A stretch of DNA of 64,000 nt, taken from assembly GCA_002633005.1 (NCBI GenBank), contig NMRA01000423.1, positions 122,676 to 186,675 on the forward strand, written 5' to 3'. This stretch comes from Phoronis australis. Lineage: Eukaryota; Animalia; Phoronida. This document shows, one piece after another, positions 1 to 12,721 of the stretch (position 1 is its first letter; each line of letters begins with the position of its first letter). The notes beneath the pieces are model-generated. The model was not told the DNA's origin. It saw nothing but the letters and a program-made list of their open reading frames with translations, and ran no database searches. The translations under genes were made by a program, and so were the position numbers.

Positions 1-1010
1 AGGTCCTACATTCTAACTTGCAAATTTGGATTATTTAATGTTTCGTTGCTCTTGCTGCTAATTCAAAATTCATAGAAATTCTGTTTGAGTGATGCCATAC
101 ATGTACTTAGAGACTAAACTTGGTCATTATGTGCACATTCTGTAACTCTTCAACTAAAAAACCGTGTTATTGCGAGAATATTTGGCATTCAGTTGTGTAG
201 TACATGTACATTACGCTTTACGCGGATGGATTTGTAGTCGAGGCTCGAACCTGATGTCCCACAGCTGCGAGGTACAAACTCAAATAGGAACTGTAGATTT
301 CGAGTATAAACGCGAGATTTCGAGTAAACACCGAAGATTTCAAATTTGATTCGAAGTTAAAATTTTAGAGAGAGGCCATCAAATGTACATGCATCCTATG
401 ATTAGACAGTTAAACGTGTAAGCCATGGTATATTTTTTCCAAACTTGTCTTGAGTTCACACAAAAGTGGAAAAGAAAAATCAAAAAACCACTTTTAACTG
501 CGATGTCGAGTTAAAATATTAAACTACGGGCTCAGAAGCTCTAGTTTCGTCATTTAAAGTCGTTTTCGTCCAAACATTGTCCCAAGAAGACCCTGTCGTG
601 AACTCTGGTGACTTACATGTATGTGCCCTAAACGTACACTCCAGACATGCTAACGTCCCAACTGGCTCAAAGTCGTGATCTTAACATGAGGTCACAAATT
701 CTCGTAAATACCAATTGGCAACTATTGCAGCTGAGTCCGCTCGATAACCTCGTGAACTTACACTAAGTAACTGAAAATGCAAAGGTTCTATAATGGGACA
801 AATGAGTTTTAATAGCGGACTTTTCATGTCGGTGCTCTCTAGAGCAATGAGAGCAAGAATGTAACTTTCTAATCTCTAGATCCCAACTTAGATTTGATGG
901 ACATAAATTCAATTACTACATGTACATACACGTAGTGGCTCACTGATTTAAAAACAGAGCAATAAAATTCCGTCAGTCCTGCCCATTACTTGATTAGGAA
1001 AAGTTCAATA

Positions 1011-1151
1011 CATGGGCGGCGCACCATGGGGGCTGGGGGGGAGCTATAGCCCCCCACTTTGTTCAGTGCCACGCCGCACAAGGTCTATAGCCGGTGCACC
1101 ACAGGGGGCTGAGGGGGCTTTAGGCCCATTTTTTTCAGTGTTTCGCTGCCC
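1011..1151. mobile_element. Short GC-rich non-autonomous DNA element (CATGGGCGGCGCA-terminus family)
   Basis: Begins catgggcggcgcaccatgggggctggggg...ctatagccccc; related copies at ~11969-12035, 16912-16948 and 53315-53460. Confidence 0.65.
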
Positions 1152-1905
1152 ATGCACCATTAGCTGTTCGACACTGCCTAATGCCGAAATAATCTTCCTT
1201 TATTAGTTGTAATTATTGGGTTCTCTGCGCGGATCCTTCTTCATTTTGCGAAATGTATAAGGAACATGGGCGCTTCGGCGAAGTTACGTAATTTTTTGCC
1301 CACCGTTCGGTGAAAAGTCAGGTTAATCAACCGGTTGGTGAATCGACTGCTTTTGAGAACGCAATGCATCTATCTTGATACAAAACGTGTAAGAACACAA
1401 GCGTCCTGTTGTCCTGTTCCACTAACAGTGATTATTTAATAAAACAGAAGAATGCATCAAGTCTGATAAATCGGGCAAGTAAAGGTTACACCCGCATCGT
1501 TGCGTGCAGCACACGTCGTTATACTAAAGTGGTTATTTCTTTAGTGAAAATTAATTAGTTCTCAAGTAAGATGGCTTCGGTAACTTTAAGCTGTAATATT
1601 CATGTCCACTTAAACACAGGTGGTTGCTTAACACATGTGCTATTGACCGATAACATTGATCAATAGTCTAGAAAAGACTGCAACCAGATGCAATTATAGG
1701 AAATATATACATGCTTCTCAAATAATCTGAAGGTGTGACAACATTGTCGGTGATGTTTTATTTAATAATAAACTTATCAGAAATTTGAGTTTGTGAACAA
1801 TATGATACCAGTTAAAATAATAAACCGTTTAAATGACAGCGCATGGAGGAGCGACACTTCGCGAAATTGACTGAAAAGACGACGATGGAGATGGTGACGG
1901 CAATA

Positions 1906-1906
<1 letters not shown>

Positions 1907-1950
<44 letters not shown>

Positions 1951-1980
1951 TCGATGGTGGTGTCGATGATGAACATGATG
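1907..1980 (+). repeat. (ATG)n trinucleotide microsatellite
   Basis: Run of atgatgatg..., which produces the spurious poly-M and poly-I ORFs. Confidence 0.95.
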
Positions 1981-3635
1981 ACAACAATCATACGACGAAT
2001 GAAGATGTCAGACATAGGCCATAGTCTTGTTCAGTAGAAGGTAAGCCACCAAAATCAGTCAACAGTGTCATCTAAAAATCAAAAAAATGGAAAACGAGAA
2101 GCCGTAGCGAAAATGGAAAACGTTTTCTGAAATCCCGTTCAAAACTCTATCTAACAGAGTAGTGTCACAAAATTCCACAAAATTTTCGAAAAAATTCAAA
2201 TGTTGCATTTTGTTTTGGAAATTCAAAAAACTCAAAAAATTGTTCGAGTTCATTTTAAAGAGTATACCTTACAAAATTTACATGCAAAGATGCAAGTCGT
2301 TTCCTCTTCCTGTTCAAAATGGCAGCACCAACACAATCGAAAATTGATGAAAATGCGTCAGATCCGCCATTTTGAAAACACCTTCCGTCTAAGCAGCACG
2401 CGATAATAGCAAATCACAGGAAACGCACGCATGAAATTTTTCGAATAAATTGGGCCAACAATGAGCCTCCTAAGGACAAAACGTGTTAGTCCCAAAATTC
2501 GTTGTGCCCATTCGCAATGGCCAATATTTCAGTCAGTTTTGACCAGAAGTATGTGATTTGAGGCATAGATGTAGCCCACATCCGCTACAATTATCTTTCT
2601 GATTTTCAGCCGTGTACGTCAAAAACTGCAGACTGTATGAGCATTTAAATCTCAATTCGAAATTAAAATGGTCGCCACTTCCACTATATTGGATCCGATC
2701 ATGACGAAAAACAATAGGTTTCCAGCTATTCCGAAACTAGAGGTTGTGTGTAAATTCCGTGTGAATCGGACGAAAAATACGATCTGTAGAGTGCGAACAA
2801 ACAACAACACTTTATGACAAAGCAACATACTTAGTGAAATTTCAATTTCATCAAGTAAAACTTGTTGTCAGAGCAACATACCCGGCGAAGATATTTCGTC
2901 AAATAATGAAGTTCGTTGGAAACTTACTGTAGAAACAACGCATGCGGGAATATAAACCTTGAAAAATTAACTGAACAGTTCTGCACCAGTGTGTCGTTTT
3001 AGCTCTGATGAATGTCATAGTTTTGTAAGTTAATTCTCGTGTCTTAGCTTCTGGAATGGAAAGAGTAATAGAAACATTTCCCCGTGTTATTAGAGCACTG
3101 GAAAATGAGATGGAAACTGTGCTGATTAGCAAAAAACAGATTTTACACTAACAGGGAGGGAGAGTCGATGAACGATTGTGTCAGTAGAAAACATACTCGA
3201 TATTGGGTCAGAATGTCGCATAAATATCTTAGTTCTCAGTGTAGATATACTTTACTGTATGTATCCATAACAAAAATTTTCGTTTGATTTAAATTGAATT
3301 TTGCCTGATTTTGTTGGGGAAGCTATTGAGGCAATTGAATTAATTACAATGACCCAGATTAAAACTAGCTAGACCTAAAGAGCCGCCTGATCACCCTTCG
3401 TCATTTTTAATCGGTAAATATTTCTTGAAAGATTGTAGTTTTTAGAGCAGCAAAACTTTTTTTCTGGAACGACGCCTTAGATTAATGTTTTAGGAAACCC
3501 AATGAACGAGCACAATCAAAATACCCGAATTTACTCCCCCAGGAGATTGCACACAAGCCATTGTATACGGATTTGATTTACTTTCCCGTATCTCATGGCG
3601 TATTTCATGGCGTATTGAATCCCTTTATTTACATT

Positions 3636-3747
3636 ATGTATGGTGTAATACGGGATTGGCGACGGATCGTACGGCGACGTGCACGTGTGTTGGCGGTGCT
3701 GTACATGACGTCTATACCTGTCTGTGTAATAAGTCTACTAACTTTAG
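3636..3747 (+). CDS. Tentative first (leader/signal) exon of the CUB-TSP1-TM gene
   Basis: ATG at 3636 (or 3705), basic stretch then hydrophobic VLAVLYMTSIPVCVISLLTL. Phase-1 donor g|gtgtct matches the phase-1 acceptor at 3886, but the donor is weak. Confidence 0.35.
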
Positions 3748-6700
3748 GTGTCTCTATAGAGCATGAGCGACAGAAATAAATGTATTTATAGGCTGAGCAA
3801 AAACTATTGCCTTAATGATAGTTATAGTGGTTAAATTATAGGAACTATTTTGCTACCTGTTCTAAAAGAACTTTTTTAATTACAGTTTGCGAAAACTGCG
3901 GCACATTCTTTGCCCGCAATGGTGGCTACATCATGTCACGTAACTTCCCCGGCAACTATCCCAACAACGAACGTTGCACTTACACTATAAGGGCTGACGT
4001 GGGCAAACGCATTGTCGTACAGTTCATTGATTTTACAACCGAAAATGGTTACGATAAAGTAACAGTAAGTATCACACTTTTTTGACCTTAGTGGCGTATT
4101 TAACGCTCATGATTCCTTTGAATATGCGTCTCAATTGTTGATACATAGGTTTTCAAAAAAGATGAAATACCCGAACGGAAACTTGGGAAGGCATCTTCTT
4201 TCATTTTTAGTTTACAATTGGCATCTGTCTGTATTCCATCGTGATTTTTAATCAGTTCGAGGCTATCAAGTGCGACAGACATAGATGATATTCGACGGTT
4301 AGTTTTTACAGCCACGTCGTTAACTGTTTTGAAAGGTTGACTATTTCAAAAATATGAGTTTAAAGTTTAATTGTGACGAGACCGAGATCTCAGAGGCTTT
4401 TTAGGCATGAAACGGTAACCAATTTCCTTGGGTACCACAGTCCATCTTATGTACCCTAATGCTCGGTAACAGTTATCCTGCAGGTTGGCTCTGATGTGTG
4501 TGGTCAGAGGAGCCATCATGAGAATGGCTCTCAAAATTGAGCTATATCAAATTTTCTGGCAACCACCTGAAAGTAGCAGAAACACTTCTGTGTAAACCAC
4601 TGTATTAATGTTGCCCACAGCCAGACAATTTCACTCCTGGAAGATATCACCAGACGATTTTAACAAAAGATACGAAACGCGATAATCTGTTTACAAAGAA
4701 TGAACACTGCTCGATACTTCCAATGGCGAGTCAGCTAATCAGTTTGGAATCAATCAAGTCTGTTTCAAATTAAATCCACGGTGACTATATATGAGCGCAT
4801 AACACGAACAGACCCTCCGGCTGTAGGATGTCTTGGCCAGATAAATCCAAAGGCGGTTGACTATGTACCTAACCTGATTCTACTTCCACATGATGCTCCG
4901 ACGCCTTGCAAAAAACAAATGCGTAATCTAAGCCAGTTTCTATACTTTCCGTGCAAGTCCCCACTAACATATGCCACAGTCGCCTTTTAACTTTTGTGCA
5001 TGGCATCTTACCTAAAGCAAACACTTTATGAGTCATCGGGGTCACAGAACCGGCTCACGTTCCATGAGCGCCAGAGTCTTTCAACTCCTCATGGATTCCC
5101 ACCTCTCCATCATCTGAATATTCTTATTACGAGATCACAATCAAGATAATGCCGTGTTTTTATCCTTCAATACCGCTGATGCAAAATTATTCGAATGCTG
5201 CGCACTCGCTTGAGTAAAACCAACGAAGGTTGCCCATTGTTCTCTATTCCAGGTTCACAAAATCGGGTTACGAATGACTTCTTTAAGCTGAAAACGCCAT
5301 TTCGTTCCAAAACGTTAAAACATTCACAGACTCCGGGTCTGATGTTTGCACAAAACGTTATCGAGAGCTAATTTTAGTGCGCAAAATGAGCAATCGAGTT
5401 ATTTAGCGGTGTTGCATATGTGCATGTACAGCGTCTGTTTTACATATGTTCTTTTTATATATCATTTGCTCTATCTGTTTCAGTTCACAAGTGGTATTAC
5501 TTCACCATCGTTATCGGGCACGGCCATACCTAGCATGAAGGAGTCGATTTCAAACGTCGTCACTTTTGACTTCACAAGCGACGGCTCGGTTTCAAGACGT
5601 GGATGGAAACTGAAATACAGACAGTTCTCGGGTTTGTAGAAAGCTTAAGTACCGATGCATTTTAATTGGTGTAACCCATGCCGGCATATGTCGGAGATGC
5701 CAAATTAATGGTTTATTTGTGCAAGAACTGTACACCCCAGGCCCTTTATGTACATTGTACATGTAGCCTACCAGGAAACTGTAAACTTGACTGGTGGAAA
5801 ATCTTTCCGTTGAAGCAATTAATCGGTGAAAGACATTTGGTTCAAGGTTTAACCATGTGAACTATCTAAAAAGTCATTCGTGGTTTTTGTTTACCCAAAT
5901 TAGGGGCGGATCCAGGATTTTGAGTTAGGGGGCCCAGGGCAGTTCATTAGCCAGGATTTTGCCTGTCAGACATTCGCACCCCCGAACTGCCAAATGTAAT
6001 CTGGGAGGATTATAGGGGGGCCATGGCCCCCCTCTAAATCCGCCACTGCAAATGTCCAAAAATGCCGGAAAAACGTAACCTAATATTCAGAGACAACAAA
6101 GCGACAAGCTTCGTGTAGAGATATTGCTAAAATTGAGCCGTTCAAAGAACTGAAGGGTACACCAATTTATCATGTGTCATCCACACAACGGCCACTCGAA
6201 CGAGACCGAAGTGGGCAAAAATGTCCGCCTCAGAGAAACCAAAAAGTAGAAAACGAGACAAAAGTCCACTTTTTATGAACACTGCTTTCATGAACACAAC
6301 GTACAGTATAAGGCTACAATAGGCTGGGCGCGCGCATGCTCATAGACGTTACTACGTAGAGGATACAATGAAAGTGAAAGACAGTTGTCAAACCTATGAA
6401 ACATATCTTTAACAAACAGACCCGTTACCCGTTTGACCACAGAATGCCTTCAATCTGAGCAAGATTTTCGAATCCCGGTTCTAGAACTGTCCTATTTGAT
6501 GAAATGGTAACAACGAGGGAAATTCAGATATGATTGGGCTATTTCGGTCATTGAGGGAAGATCGTTCTAGGCCGGACAGAGACTGAGTATTTTAAATTGG
6601 ATTATGGACGAGGAAGCCGAAGAAATAATGTGTGACATGTAAGCGGGTTGACATCCGGGAGATTGTAATGAAAGCTGAGTAGCACATCTTCGATGTCTTC

Positions 6701-9700
6701 TTAGCGGATTAGGGTTAGCGCAAGTTGATACCTCGCGTGAAGGAGCAAAAACAACTATATTTAAATGAACTAACTGGTAATGCACTCAAATGTTCACCTC
6801 ATGACCCATGAGCTCCTTGAATTATCCAGCTGAGCTCGAAGTTCTAAAAACTAGTTCGAAAGTCAAGAACAACATTTAGAAAAAAACGTTGGTAAATGTT
6901 ACTTGTTTTAGAGGGTACTCGGCGATTTGGATGTTACATTTTGGAAAATATACAGCTAGTCGTTCATAACATACCGAATTTAGTCTTGAGAGAATGTTAA
7001 TCTTTGTTGGTGAAACTAATTGTTACGCGTACGTTGTACGCGATAAACTATCCACGCCCTGTTTCCTACGGATGAAGTACCGTGTACGTGTACTTCTAAA
7101 TAGATTTGAGATGCAAGAACTTTGTTATTACAGTTCAGGGCAATTGGAATAACTTCTTATTTCAGTTCAGGCCAACTGGAGTGAATGGTCAGAGTGGGAG
7201 AGCTGTTCTCGAACATGTGGCCATGGTCATCAAATCAGGCGAAGAACGTGCACCATGCCGGCACTTCAAGCTGGATCAGAATACTGCAAGGGTCAGATGT
7301 ATGACCATCGGTCCTGTGAGACACGTCAGTGTCCAGTTGATGGAGAGTGGTCAAATTGGGCTTACTGGGGCTTGTGTTCGAAATCATGCGGAGACGGACA
7401 GCAAGTTCGAACACGTAATTGTACTAACCCTCCTCCATCTTACGGGGGTCAAAGCTGTAGAGGCACTTATCAAGAATTCAGAAACTGTTCCACAACCACG
7501 TGCCCAGTCAATGGACAGTGGTCAGAATGGGGTGATTTCACTGAGTGTTCAGCACCCTGCGGAGGAGGGACCAAAACTCGGTTAAGGCGGTGTGACAACC
7601 CAACGCCAATTCACGGAGGAGAGTACTGCAACGGAACATCGTATGTAACTATAATCTGCAATAATTTCAGTTGTTCCGTCGGCGGTGAGTGGTCCGACTG
7701 GACCACGTGGAGCACGTGCTCAATGACTTGCAATGGCGGTCAGCAGAACAGAAAAAGATTTTGTAACAACCCTTTACCTGCACACGGCAGTCAGAATTGC
7801 TCCGGGATAAGTAACCAAACAAGATCTTGTGGGGATAACAGATGTCGAATTAATGGCCATTGGTCCGATTGGAGGAACTGGACTCTCTGTACCAGATCAT
7901 GTGGTGGAGGCGAAAGGACTCGTACTAGGCAATGTAACAATCCAGAACCGCTTTTTGGCGGGTCTTTTTGCGAAGGCAAATCGTTTCAGCATCAACTGTG
8001 TAACAACGTCTCTTGTCCTGTTGATGGCAGGTGGTCTGATTGGTCAAACTGGTCACATTGTTCAAAATCTTGCGATGGTGGCTTTCAGAACCGCACAAGG
8101 ACGTGCAGTGATCCATTCCCAACTAAAAGTGGACAAAACTGCTCTGGTGAAAGCGTTGAAACACGACCCTGCAACCCTTTCTCATGCCCAGTAAATGGCG
8201 GTTGGTCTGCATGGGAGAAATGGACTTTCTGTTCTGCAACTTGTGGTGGTGGACTAAAAGCTCGTTCCAGGATATGTAATAGCCCGATGCCAAGAGATGG
8301 AGGGAGATACTGTTTCGGCGAACCTTTACAGATGGGACATTGTAACAACTTCAGTTGTCCGATAAACGGTCATTGGTCTGATTGGTCAAATTGGAGCACC
8401 TGCAACCAGTCTTGTGGTGTAGGTCGGAGAAACCGTTCGAGGACTTGCACAAATCCACCGCCGGCACATGGGGGTAGCAATTGCTCTGAATCAAGTATAC
8501 AATATGAAGCCTGCAATGTATTTGAGTGTCCAGTCGACGGAGCTTGGTCACCGTGGTCAGCATGGGCTCCGTGTTCCAGAAGTTGCGGCAACGGTTCTCA
8601 AATACAAAAACGAGAGTGCAAGAACCCGGCACCCCAACAAGGTGGCAAATACTGTGCAAACTCATCGTATGCTATACGTCGCTGCAATCTTGATCCGTGC
8701 CCCATTCATGGAGACTGGACCATTTGGTCGGTTTGGTCTTTGTGTTCAAGGTCATGTGGTGGAGGACACCATAACCGTTCACGATCATGCACGAGTCCAA
8801 CACCAGAATTCGGCGGTCGGAACTGCTCTGGAGAGAGTTACCAACTTGAGATATGTAATAACGACAGTTGCCCAGTAAACGGCAATTGGTCTTCCTGGGG
8901 AAACTGGTCTAGATGCACAAAGCCGTGTGGTGGCGGTCATCAGTCAAGAACAAGAATCTGTAGCAGCCCACCACCAGCATATGGTGGCAATTACTGCCAA
9001 GGTAACTCTTTTGAATTACGAAACTGCAGTGTACAGAATTGCCCAGTACACGGTGGATGGTCCCTATGGACAGACTGGTCTGAGTGTCCAGCAACATGTG
9101 GTGATGCTGTAAGAATTAGGACAAGAAAATGTAATAGCCCTTTACCTTCGTTTGGTGGTCTTGGATGCTCAGGAAACAATACAGAAACTTTGTTGTGTAA
9201 CGAGTCTTCAAATTGTCTACGCGATGGACAATGGACGCACTGGAGCAATTGGTCAATATGTTCTAAGTCCTGCGGGGGTGGACAGCAAGTTCGACTAAGG
9301 TCTTGCGACAACCCAAAACCATCTTTTGGCGGACAATACTGCGAGGGCAAAGAATTTGAAGAACGAATATGCAACAGGGAAGAGTGTTTGGTGGACGGCA
9401 TCTGGTCTTCTTGGAGTAATTGGGGTATCTGCTCGAATTCCTGTGGTGGAGGGAAAAAGTTACGTGTTCGGAGGTGTAACAATCCTTCTCCTGCCCACGG
9501 TGGTCGTAATTGCTCTGGTGCAAAACGTGAGACAAGGAATTGCAATACACCAGATTGTCCAGTAGACGGTTCATGGTCTGTGTGGCACAGTTGGAGCACG
9601 TGCTCGAGGTCATGCGGTGTAGGTCAACAGGTACGTTCCCGAATGTGCAATAACCCGCAACCTATTTCTGGTGGTCAGTTTTGCTTAGGGACTTCATTTG

Positions 9701-12496
9701 AATTGCGAGAATGTAACGTGACATCATGTCCGCTGAATGGTTTTTGGTCGCCGTGGAGCGTATGGAACGAGTGCTCTCAAACCTGCGGGGGTGGTCATCA
9801 GCAGCGGTCACGTGTTTGCAATAATCCGTTACCATTGTTCGGTGGAGAAAAATGCTCAGGCTTCGAAACTGAAAGGCGTTTATGTAATGGTTATTTCTGC
9901 CCTGTCGATGGAAATTGGACTAAATGGTCAAGGTGGGAGCCATGTTCCTTTTCACAGTCGAACTATTTTCAGAGCAGATTTCGGAGTTGTTCAAATCCAG
10001 TCCCTGCTTTTGGCGGATCGATGTGCTCAGGAAACTCAACTGAAATACTCGCCTGTAACGCGTCCAACAACGAAACTCCGTGCGAAAGGTGGTCTGCATG
10101 GCGGGTGTCACACACGTGTTCAAAAGACTGTTTGTATCGCCGACAACGTGTCTGTGAAAGATGCAGAAATACCCACGGGAACACGTGCAAACTAACGGAA
10201 ACGCAGTCGCAGTTGTGTAGTCCTAAATTGTACAACTGTAAACCTGAGGAACTAGAGTCTTTGGACAAAGAAAAAACTAAAGTTGGAAAAACTGGAGCGG
10301 ATAAACAAATTGCAGGTATGCCGTCGTAGCATTTTAATAAAATGACAAATTAGTTGCATGCAAGAAAAATTGTCTCAGACAAAGACATAAGTGGAGGGTT
10401 ACTCTTCCATTATTCCTTCTCCACTCATCTCTCGATTTCAAATTGAACATTATTTGCACGAATCTTGACGTGGCACTAAAATGATATTCATCATCTAAGC
10501 TTTTATTGAGCACTCTTAATTCAATTAACAGTGTTTGGTGTCTTGTCCCCGTCGCCATCTTTGCTTCGAGGAACTAAATGTTTCCAACTTACTCTCTTGA
10601 AACTGCCAAACTTTAAAGGAAACCACAAACGTGAAATATGCCGCTCGAAGTTGGCAAAGTTTCCTTCATTCCAGCACTTGCTTTCCATCAGTGACACAGA
10701 CTTCCCAGCAAATTCTTTTAGAACGATAATTCATCTGCTAAAAACAATGACATCAAAAAGTCCCGTTCATTCTGACTGCCAACGTTTCTTGCTGAAAGCC
10801 TTGGATACCTGAAAATCATAGACTCTGTTCTTAAGCTTGGAACAAGTTTGTAGACACTGGATTCACGTGCGGGAACGGGAACATTTGTGCAAAGTTACTT
10901 ATTCTCATCATTTTTGCGAAAAATCCTATTTTATTAGACACAATATCGGGCTCTGAAATGTGGCTATTTACTTAAGGCAGAAATTTTGTCATACACTCAA
11001 CAAATACTTCCAAAAATTTATTTAATGAATAAAACTGCAAATTTTTGTGAGAGTAGAAAACTAGTAGAATTTGTTTTTTGATGCTATACCTACCTGCCAT
11101 TAATTGGATCGTGTGACCATATTTAAGTAAAATTTACCAAAAAGAGGAATATACATTGATTTGATAACACTAATATCATAAAGAAGTTTTATTTGATATT
11201 AATGTTCAAAGTTTAAACCCAAAAACACTGTAAAAGTTTCAAAATCATCATGTTCTTCTCATTTGAAATGTCCAAACATAAAGAAGTCCTATTTTGATAG
11301 CCTCGTGTTCAAAAGTGGAAACTTAAAAAAGCAAGTCCTAACAAAGTTTTGAAGAACTGTATATAAAGCATAGTATCTAAAAGTTGCAAAAGAATACAAT
11401 CAGCCAGTTCCAGGAAACGATATTCCAAATTCTGACAAATTTGGAATGTTTGCATAGACCCGCATATCCTTAAGTCACTTTTAATGAAACAGACCTCCAG
11501 ACACGCAAGTACAATGACTGTCGACCACACAATCAATTTTTGGGACCTCCAATTATTTTGCAATATTGTGTGTTATGGATTGAATAGTTTGTCCAAAAGA
11601 CGTTTAACCAACTGCAACCTTTTATACAACTCATTTAGGCTGTACTTTATTGTGCTTTTACATGATAACCTTAACTAGTTCAATGGTTTCTTTGCAGGGA
11701 GTTCATTTCGCCTGCCCTATTTGCTGATTCCTGTCGGTGTGGTTGTGCTGATCGCAGTTGTGGCCATTGTTGTTGCCGTGATTGTGTACAGGCAGAGAAG
11801 GTACGGTACATGTGCTTATGCGTTGTGCTTGAACTCGAACACTGTTGGCACAGTGTTATCTTACTAATCCACTGTATCACAATACCTGGACAATGCCAGG
11901 GAACATCGGGTACCCTAGACAATGCCTGTAGTGCCTACTGATGGCGCGATGTGTCATAAAAGAGTCTACATGGGCGGCGTACCATAGGGGGCTGGGGGTG
12001 CTATAGCCACACTTTTTTCAGTGCTGTGTCGCCCATTGTCTCTGGACGCCTACCAAACAAAACTAAGTCACCCGCCGATTTCTGATTGGTCAAAATACCT
12101 AGTAGTACCCTAATAGATAGTAAATCATGGACGCGATCCCCATCCCTACCCGGACTACAAACCAATAATTGAAAACACAAATATATTAAAAAACAGTGAG
12201 ACATGACTTTACAAGTCTCGTTCAAGTCTGCAAATCTCATTATCGATACAGACAGGCGTTACAGGCCACTGCTTGAGCAGTTAATCTAATCAGTTGTCGT
12301 CACTCATTGTTCTTACGAATCTTGTTGCCTAAAGTCTGTAGAGTTAAAACATTCATTCACTGTGATTTACATTCCTAAAAAATTCCCTGTAATGACTTTA
12401 AATTTCAGGCAAGCTCTACAATTTAACCACAATGGAAACTCCAGAAACACCATTCCGATGTCTGAGCAAACAGAAGCCCTTGGTTTTAAAGAATGA
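3636..12496 (+). CDS. Spliced gene: CUB + 17(18) thrombospondin type-1 repeats + TM type I membrane protein (hemicentin/coadhesin/SCO-spondin-like TSP1 array), ~1,260 aa
   Basis: Phase-consistent GT-AG exons: 3636-3747 (tentative leader), 3886-4064, 5484-5631, 7166-10315, 11698-11800, 12409-12496 (TGA). Shows CUB motifs (SRNFPGNYPNNERCTYTI; FTSDGSVSRRGWKLKY), WSxWSxW..CS.SCGGG TSP1 repeats and a hydrophobic TM segment. Confidence 0.85.
3886..4064 (+). CDS. CUB domain exon (N-terminal half)
   Basis: tacag| acceptor, |gtaagt donor; CENCGTFFARNGGYIMSRNFPGNYPNNERCTYTIRADVGKRIVVQFIDFTTENGYDKVT. Confidence 0.9.
5484..5631 (+). CDS. CUB domain exon (C-terminal half)
   Basis: tttcag| acceptor, phase 0 in and phase 1 out; ...SISNVVTFDFTSDGSVSRRGWKLKYRQFS. 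Confidence 0.88.
5901..6048. mobile_element. Short MITE-like element (GGCGGATCCAG family) with 5-bp flanking duplication
   Basis: Termini taggggcggat...atccgccactg, flanked on both sides by caaat; related copies near 55154-55290 and 61805. Confidence 0.7.
7166..10315 (+). CDS. Giant exon encoding 17 TSP1 repeats plus a degenerate 18th and a stalk
   Basis: ttcag| acceptor at 7165 and g|gtatg donor at 10316. The open frame contains ORF 7255-10329, with ~57-aa repeats carrying WSxWxxW and 6 Cys. Confidence 0.95.
11698..11800 (+). CDS. Transmembrane exon of the CUB-TSP1 gene
   Basis: ttgcag| acceptor, phase 1 in; SSFRLPYLLIPVGVVVLIAVVAIVVAVIVYRQRR (TM followed by a basic stop-transfer); ag|gtacgg donor. 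Confidence 0.88.
12409..12496 (+). CDS. Last exon (short cytoplasmic tail) of the CUB-TSP1 gene
   Basis: tttcag| acceptor; phase 2 matches the previous donor; QALQFNHNGNSRNTIPMSEQTEALGFKE*. Confidence 0.7.
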
Positions 12497-12721
12497 GGAA
12501 ACAAGAATGAAATTAAACTCAGGAATCTGACCATTAGTGCATTGGGTAATCAATTAAATAATCAAACGTTCTCTCTTATGAGGATTATATTATTTGTCTT
12601 TCCTTCACGATAAGTGCCGACTTCAGGTAATGTTTCTATAAGGCCGCAATATCCAGGTGTGGTTCAAGATTGTATGATCTGTACATTTTTCATTGCTTGT
12701 CTTAGCAACTATTACGCTTAA

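Noticed and set aside
1812-2037. Poly-Met and poly-Ile ORFs
   Set aside because: These are translations of an (ATG)n microsatellite, with no splice or domain support.
4760-5200. Possible decayed P-element-like transposase on the minus strand
   Set aside because: Only vague motif fragments are visible; it cannot be supported without a profile search.
7106-10268. Many overlapping alternative-frame and antisense ORFs within the TSP1 exon
   Set aside because: They are shadows of the repetitive Cys/Trp-rich coding strand with no independent motifs.
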